From Flavicella sediminum (GTDB taxonomy: Bacteria; Bacteroidota; Bacteroidia; Flavobacteriales; Flavobacteriaceae), in NCBI RefSeq assembly GCF_006381105.1, contig NZ_VDET01000002.1, positions 965,578 through 1,029,577 on the forward strand: DNA of 64,000 nucleotides. Direction: 5' to 3'. The notes under the pieces were generated by a model. The model was not told the DNA's origin, did not search any database, and was given only the letters and a program-made list of their open reading frames with translations. Below are positions 59,318 through 64,000 of the stretch, piece after piece. The position numbers and the translations under genes were made by a program. Positions within the stretch are counted from its first letter, which is position 1; each line of letters starts with the position of its first letter.

Positions 59318-62116
59318 TTGAAAAAACATCTTAGCATATTCACCCTACTTTTTATCTACACTTGTATTAATTTAGTTGCACAAGAGATACCTCCTATTCA
59401 AAATTTTACATCTAACCTCTACAAAGCCGAAAATCAAAATTGGGCGATTACACAAACAGAAGACAAACATATCATTGTTGCAAACAACAAAGGACTCTTA
59501 GAGTATGACGGAGCACGTTGGAATTTATCTCCATCTCCCAACAACAGTATCATAAGATCTGTTTATTCAATAGACTCTTTAATTTATTCAGGAAGCAATA
59601 AAGAATTTGGCGTTTGGCAAAAAAACAAATTTGGCCTTTTAAAATACACAAGCTTAAGTCATAAAATTGAATCTAAACTACTAGAAGATGAGGAGTTTTG
59701 GAACATCCTAAAGTTTGAACATTGGATCTTATTTCAATCACTTAATAGAATCTATATTTATGACACCTTAAAAGATGAGTTTAACATAATCGATTCTAAA
59801 ACCATTTTACAAAAAGCTTTTAACGTAAATGGAAATATCTATTTTCAAAAAGTAAACGACGGCTTATACAAAATAGAAAATGGGAAACCCATGTTATTGT
59901 CAGATGACCAAATAATCAAACAAAATGTTTTGGTTGACATTTATGGTATCGGAAAAAAAACACTACTATTAACCCAAGAAAATGGCTTTTTCGAATTAAG
60001 CTCTGAAGGGAAATTAAACAAATGGACAACGCCAAATGAGTCTTTATTTTCATCCATTAGTATCTATAGCAGTCACTTAAAAAAAGACGGAACCTTTCTA
60101 TTAGGTACCATAGCCAAAGGAATATATCATATTGACAAAAACGGAGCACTTCTATCTAATTTAAACCAAGAAAACGGATTAAACAACAACACCGTATTGA
60201 CCATATTTGAAGATACAGAAAACAATATTTGGTTAGGCCTAGATAACGGAATTAGTGTTGTAAACTTAAACTCTCCTATCAAGGTTTACAACGATCCTTT
60301 TGGAAAATTAGGTACCGTTTATGCATCTGCTATTAAACACGATATTCTTTACCTAGGCACAAATCAGGGACTATTTTACAAACCCGTAAACGCCAACTCC
60401 TCATTTAAATTAATTGCAGGAACAAAGGGACAAGTTTGGTGTTTAAAAGAAATAGATACCACTTTGTTTTGCGGCCATAATCAAGGAACGTTTATTATAA
60501 ACGACACAATCGCTAACAAAATATCTGACACACCTGGAACATGGGATTTAAAAAAAGTTCCTTCCTCAAACTCTTTAATAATTCAAGGGAATTATACGGG
60601 ATTAACCGTCCTAGAAAAAACAGGAGGTTACTGGAAGTTTAAAAACAAAATTGAAGGATTTACAAACTCAGCTAGATATTTTGAATTTTTAGATAAAAAT
60701 AAAATCATCATAAACCATGAACTAAAAGGAATATTTGAAGTAACAACAGACAACCATTACAACAAAATAAAAAGCACCAAACTAAATGACAAATTCAAAG
60801 GTCACAAATCCGGGCTTATAAGCTACAACAACGAATTACTTTACTTTTACCCAGATGGAATTTACAAATATGACCCAACAGAAAACGCTTTCAAAAAACA
60901 TGAGCAATATTCAAAAAACGTTTTAGATAATGAAAATTACATTTCTGGAAAACTTATAAAAACAGACAACAAATTATGGGTGTTTACTGACAAAAGTATC
61001 GGGTACTTTTCTCCAGGAAACCTAAATAACATTCCACAGTTCACGAAAATTTCTTTCCCTGCATCTGCCAGAAGAGACTTCGCGGGTTTTGAAAGCGTAA
61101 CACACATAAAAAACCAACGCTATTTATTCGGAAACTCTACAGGTTATTTAGTCATTGATCTTGATAAATACGGATCACACGAATTCTATATCCAATTAAA
61201 TAGTTTTCATAAAATTGGAAAACAAGTAGAGCACCTTGAATTAAAAAACAACCAACTATTAAAATCTACTGAAAACCATATCGATTTTAGCTACAGTATT
61301 CCAACCTATAACAAGTACACAGAAATAACCTACCAATACAAGTTAAAAGGAATTTATGAGAATTGGAGCAACTGGACAACCAGCCCAAAAACTAAATTTG
61401 AAAACCTTCCTTTTGGAGAATATGAATTTATTGTTAGAGCCAAAGTAGGCAACAAACTGACAAAAAATATGGTCAGCCTAAGCTTTACTATTGACCGACC
61501 TTGGTACCTGTCAAACAGAATGCTTGGCCTTTACTTATTTGCAATCACTATCTTATTTATAGGAATTCATAATATTTACAAGCAATATTTTAAACGACAA
61601 AAAAAGAGTTTGCTTGATAAAAAACAAAGAGAACTTGAAAGGGTTCAGCTAGAGAATGAACGAGAAATAATGAAGCTTCGAAACGATAAGTTAAGAGGTG
61701 ACATTGATAGTAAAAACAGAGAACTAGCAGCCTCTACGATGAGCATCATTAAGAAAAATGAATTTCTAAACACGATTAAGAAAGAACTTTCAGACGTCAA
61801 AAACAATGAATTGGTAAAACCGGTAATCAAAATTATTGACAAAAACCTAAATCATACTAGTGACTGGGAGTACTTCCAAGAAGCTTTCAACAATGCCGAC
61901 AAAGATTTCTTAAAGAAAGTAAAAACGAAACATGACAACCTAACACCAAACGATTTACGATTGTGTGCCTACTTAAGACTTAATTTATCTTCAAAAGAAA
62001 TTGCTCCGCTTCTAAATATTTCACATAAAAGCGTTGAAATAAAACGTTACCGACTAAGAAAAAAGATGGGACTGACTACAAAAGACAATTTAATTCATCA
62101 TATACTAGAAATATAG
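59318..62116 (+). CDS. One-component regulator: periplasmic two-component-regulator beta-propellers plus Y_Y_Y domain, a TM helix, and a cytoplasmic LuxR-type HTH
   Basis: 932 aa. Signal peptide, then propeller repeats (NNIWLGLDNGISVV...). TM at LGLYLFAITILFIGIHNIY. Coiled coil, then C-terminal LTPNDLRLCAYLRLNLSSKEIAPLLNISHKSVEIKRYRLRKKMGL. Apparent TTG start with no in-frame ATG nearby. Confidence 0.7.
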   Translation: MKKHLSIFTLLFIYTCINLVAQEIPPIQNFTSNLYKAENQNWAITQTEDKHIIVANNKGLLEYDGARWNLSPSPNNSIIRSVYSIDSLIYSGSNKEFGVWQKNKFGLLKYTSLSHKIESKLLEDEEFWNILKFEHWILFQSLNRIYIYDTLKDEFNIIDSKTILQKAFNVNGNIYFQKVNDGLYKIENGKPMLLSDDQIIKQNVLVDIYGIGKKTLLLTQENGFFELSSEGKLNKWTTPNESLFSSISIYSSHLKKDGTFLLGTIAKGIYHIDKNGALLSNLNQENGLNNNTVLTIFEDTENNIWLGLDNGISVVNLNSPIKVYNDPFGKLGTVYASAIKHDILYLGTNQGLFYKPVNANSSFKLIAGTKGQVWCLKEIDTTLFCGHNQGTFIINDTIANKISDTPGTWDLKKVPSSNSLIIQGNYTGLTVLEKTGGYWKFKNKIEGFTNSARYFEFLDKNKIIINHELKGIFEVTTDNHYNKIKSTKLNDKFKGHKSGLISYNNELLYFYPDGIYKYDPTENAFKKHEQYSKNVLDNENYISGKLIKTDNKLWVFTDKSIGYFSPGNLNNIPQFTKISFPASARRDFAGFESVTHIKNQRYLFGNSTGYLVIDLDKYGSHEFYIQLNSFHKIGKQVEHLELKNNQLLKSTENHIDFSYSIPTYNKYTEITYQYKLKGIYENWSNWTTSPKTKFENLPFGEYEFIVRAKVGNKLTKNMVSLSFTIDRPWYLSNRMLGLYLFAITILFIGIHNIYKQYFKRQKKSLLDKKQRELERVQLENEREIMKLRNDKLRGDIDSKNRELAASTMSIIKKNEFLNTIKKELSDVKNNELVKPVIKIIDKNLNHTSDWEYFQEAFNNADKDFLKKVKTKHDNLTPNDLRLCAYLRLNLSSKEIAPLLNISHKSVEIKRYRLRKKMGLTTKDNLIHHILEI

Positions 62117-62461
62117 GTCTATAAATTATCCTACAAGACCTTAACATAAGAGCTAATACTCATAAGTGTATTATTTACACTAAAAACATTAACATACGTT
62201 AATAACAACACGGACCCACTGTAAACAAAGAACCTATCAGCCAAAAAGAACTGCTAAAAAAATAATTTTATTCTTTTGTAGTGCTTATGTATAGGTGATT
62301 TAATAGAAAAAAACACACTACAGTTGTAACTTGGTTTAACAGAAGTGGCCGTGATAGAGTTACAACCAAACTTAACACATTTGATCACACTATGAAACAG
62401 TAATGTTTTCTAAAAACGACCTCCTCTTATTATTAAAAACTAACTTAAATAAATTTGAATT

Positions 62462-64000
62462 ATGAAAAAAAATTTTCTAACATTCGTCTTATTTCTGCTT
62501 ACAACAATTGTATTTGCCCAATCAAATGTATCTGTAGTAAATACAGAGCAAGGAACAAAATTAGTTGTGGACGGAAAAGACTTTATGGTAAATGGAGTGA
62601 ATTGGGATTATTTCCCAATTGGAACAAATTACACCTATAGCCTGTGGAAGCAATCAGATGACATCATTAAAGCAGCTTTGGATGCAGAAATGGGATTACT
62701 GAAAAACATGGGCGTAAATACAATTAGATTGTATACGGGTATTCAACCTAAATGGGTTCAATATATCTATGAAAAGTACGGTATTTACACAATGTTAAAC
62801 CATTCTTTTGGGCGCTATGGACTTACCATAAACGGCGCATGGGTAGCCGTTACAGATTACTCGAATCCCGAAACTCAAAAACTTCTGATTTCTGAAGTAA
62901 CTAAAATGGCGAATGAATATAAAAACACGCCTGGAATACTGCTTTACTTATTAGGTAACGAAAATAATTACGGACTTTTTTGGGCAGGAGCTGACACAGA
63001 AGACTTTCCTGATGATGAAGATGAAAAAAAATTCATTGGAGAAACACGTGGTAGAGCCATGTACAAACTAATGAATGACGCTACTCTTAAAATGAAATCA
63101 ATTAGCAAATCAAAGCCAATTGCTATCTGTAACGGTGACGTATTGTTTATTGACGTTATTGCAGAGGAATGTAAAGATGTAGACATTTATGGCGTTAATA
63201 TGTATAGAGGTATTTCTTTTGGAGATGCTTTTAAAACCATAAAAGAAAAATTAAACAAACCTGTTTTATTTACAGAATTTGGTGCAGATGCCTTCAACGC
63301 AATCACCAATATGGAAGATCAAAAATCACAAGCGCAATATATGGTTGGTAACTGGAAAGAGATCTATCAAAATGCAGAAGGACTTGGAAAATCAGGAAAT
63401 TCAATTGGAGGTTTTACTTTTCAATTTAGTGATGGCTGGTGGAAATACGGTCAGACAAAAAACTTAGAGGTTCATGACAATAATGCTTCTTGGTCTAACG
63501 GAGGGTATTATATAGATTTTAAGAATGGGCAAAACAACATGAATGAGGAATGGTTTGGTATTTGTGCAAAAGGGCCTACAAACGAAAGAGGACTCTATGA
63601 CCTTTATCCAAGAGCTGCTTATTACGCGCTAAAAGAAGTACATAACTTAAACCCGTACCAAGAAAACCTTACTCAAAAGTCTGTTGATGATCATTTCAAC
63701 AAGATTCAATTAATGGAAGCTGTTTTAAAAGCGAGAGGAGACAAAGCTGCTTTAGGTGGAAATGAAAAAATTAAATTAAGCAATTTAAGAGCAGAATTCA
63801 CAACATTTAATACAGGCGGATCTTTACTTACAACTCCTAAAGACGCTGACCCAGATAACCCTACATATCCTGACCAACTTGGTTTTGACTATATGGAATC
63901 TTACTACATAGGTGTTGAAGCAAATCCTTCTCCAAATATGAGTGCAAATGTAAACTTCAATATTTTAGGTAATGTTGCAAAAAATCCTATTGATGAAATT
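62462..64000 (+). CDS. Secreted GH-A-clan (GH5/GH2-like TIM-barrel) glycoside hydrolase, 5' partial (runs off the window end)
   Basis: Open frame from the ATG at 62462 to the window end. Not in the ORF track because it has no stop. Signal peptide MKKNFLTFVLFLLTTIVFAQ. Candidate acid/base and nucleophile motifs LLGNENN and FTEFGAD. Confidence 0.5.
   Translation, partial: MKKNFLTFVLFLLTTIVFAQSNVSVVNTEQGTKLVVDGKDFMVNGVNWDYFPIGTNYTYSLWKQSDDIIKAALDAEMGLLKNMGVNTIRLYTGIQPKWVQYIYEKYGIYTMLNHSFGRYGLTINGAWVAVTDYSNPETQKLLISEVTKMANEYKNTPGILLYLLGNENNYGLFWAGADTEDFPDDEDEKKFIGETRGRAMYKLMNDATLKMKSISKSKPIAICNGDVLFIDVIAEECKDVDIYGVNMYRGISFGDAFKTIKEKLNKPVLFTEFGADAFNAITNMEDQKSQAQYMVGNWKEIYQNAEGLGKSGNSIGGFTFQFSDGWWKYGQTKNLEVHDNNASWSNGGYYIDFKNGQNNMNEEWFGICAKGPTNERGLYDLYPRAAYYALKEVHNLNPYQENLTQKSVDDHFNKIQLMEAVLKARGDKAALGGNEKIKLSNLRAEFTTFNTGGSLLTTPKDADPDNPTYPDQLGFDYMESYYIGVEANPSPNMSANVNFNILGNVAKNPIDEI

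Noticed and set aside
62455-62640. 61-aa ORF listed in the track
   Set aside because: It is an out-of-frame overlap of the real, long signal-peptide-bearing GH ORF that starts at 62462. That long ORF is absent from the track only because it has no stop inside the window.
1-64000. tRNA, rRNA, riboswitch or integrase/transposase genes
   Set aside because: No cloverleaf-like GC-rich segments, rRNA signatures or recombinase motifs were seen in any intergenic region or ORF. The only mobile-looking feature is the terminator repeat around the TA module.

Overview
This 64-kb window looks like chromosome from a low-GC Bacteroidota genome, probably Flavobacteriia. The evidence is a type IX secretion (T9SS) type-B C-terminal-domain cargo protein next to a PorP/SprF gene, TAnnTTTG -7 promoter boxes upstream of several genes, and many Bacteroidota-specific DUF families. 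I see about 60 protein-coding genes and no rRNA, tRNA or CRISPR. Most of the window is housekeeping: dgt, nrdB-nrdA, glmS, panC-panD, radA, pyrC, tyrS, trx, mqo, dinB and pckA. Four accessory blocks sit between them. (1) At 0.2-4.1 kb, a T9SS cargo protein (BNR propeller, thrombospondin type-3 repeats, type-B CTD) with its cognate PorP/SprF gene. (2) At 7.0-7.9 kb, a yefM-yoeB toxin-antitoxin cassette inserted between two copies of a ~60-bp bidirectional-terminator repeat. (3) At 46.2-50.6 kb, an operon of three small lipoproteins and a serpin, followed by an ECF sigma factor and an anti-sigma protein with a C-terminal beta-barrel. (4) At 50.7-64.0 kb, glycoside hydrolases around a Y_Y_Y/LuxR regulator. 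The standout is a ~15-kb co-directional block at 29.0-44.0 kb, opposite a divergent XRE/S24-like regulator. Its gene order is YbjN-like, PspA/IM30, NfeD/YqiJ-like (carrying an unusual 12-unit Asp-hydrophobic repeat), flotillin, an orphan 1604-aa protein whose only recognisable part is a C-terminal AAA+/P-loop module, DUF4178 (YdjI-like), a low-complexity lipoprotein, DUF350 (YjfL-like), a membrane-anchored spermidine synthase, a pyruvoyl S-adenosylmethionine decarboxylase, a voltage-gated K+ channel, and a rhomboid protease. Both flanks of the giant ATPase are families known to travel with PspA. I propose the whole block is a composite, undescribed membrane-stress and membrane-remodelling system in which the giant ATPase is a candidate remodeller of PspA/flotillin assemblies and the polyamine enzymes supply a locally made effector. 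All calls come from reading motifs in the translated ORFs. No database search was possible.
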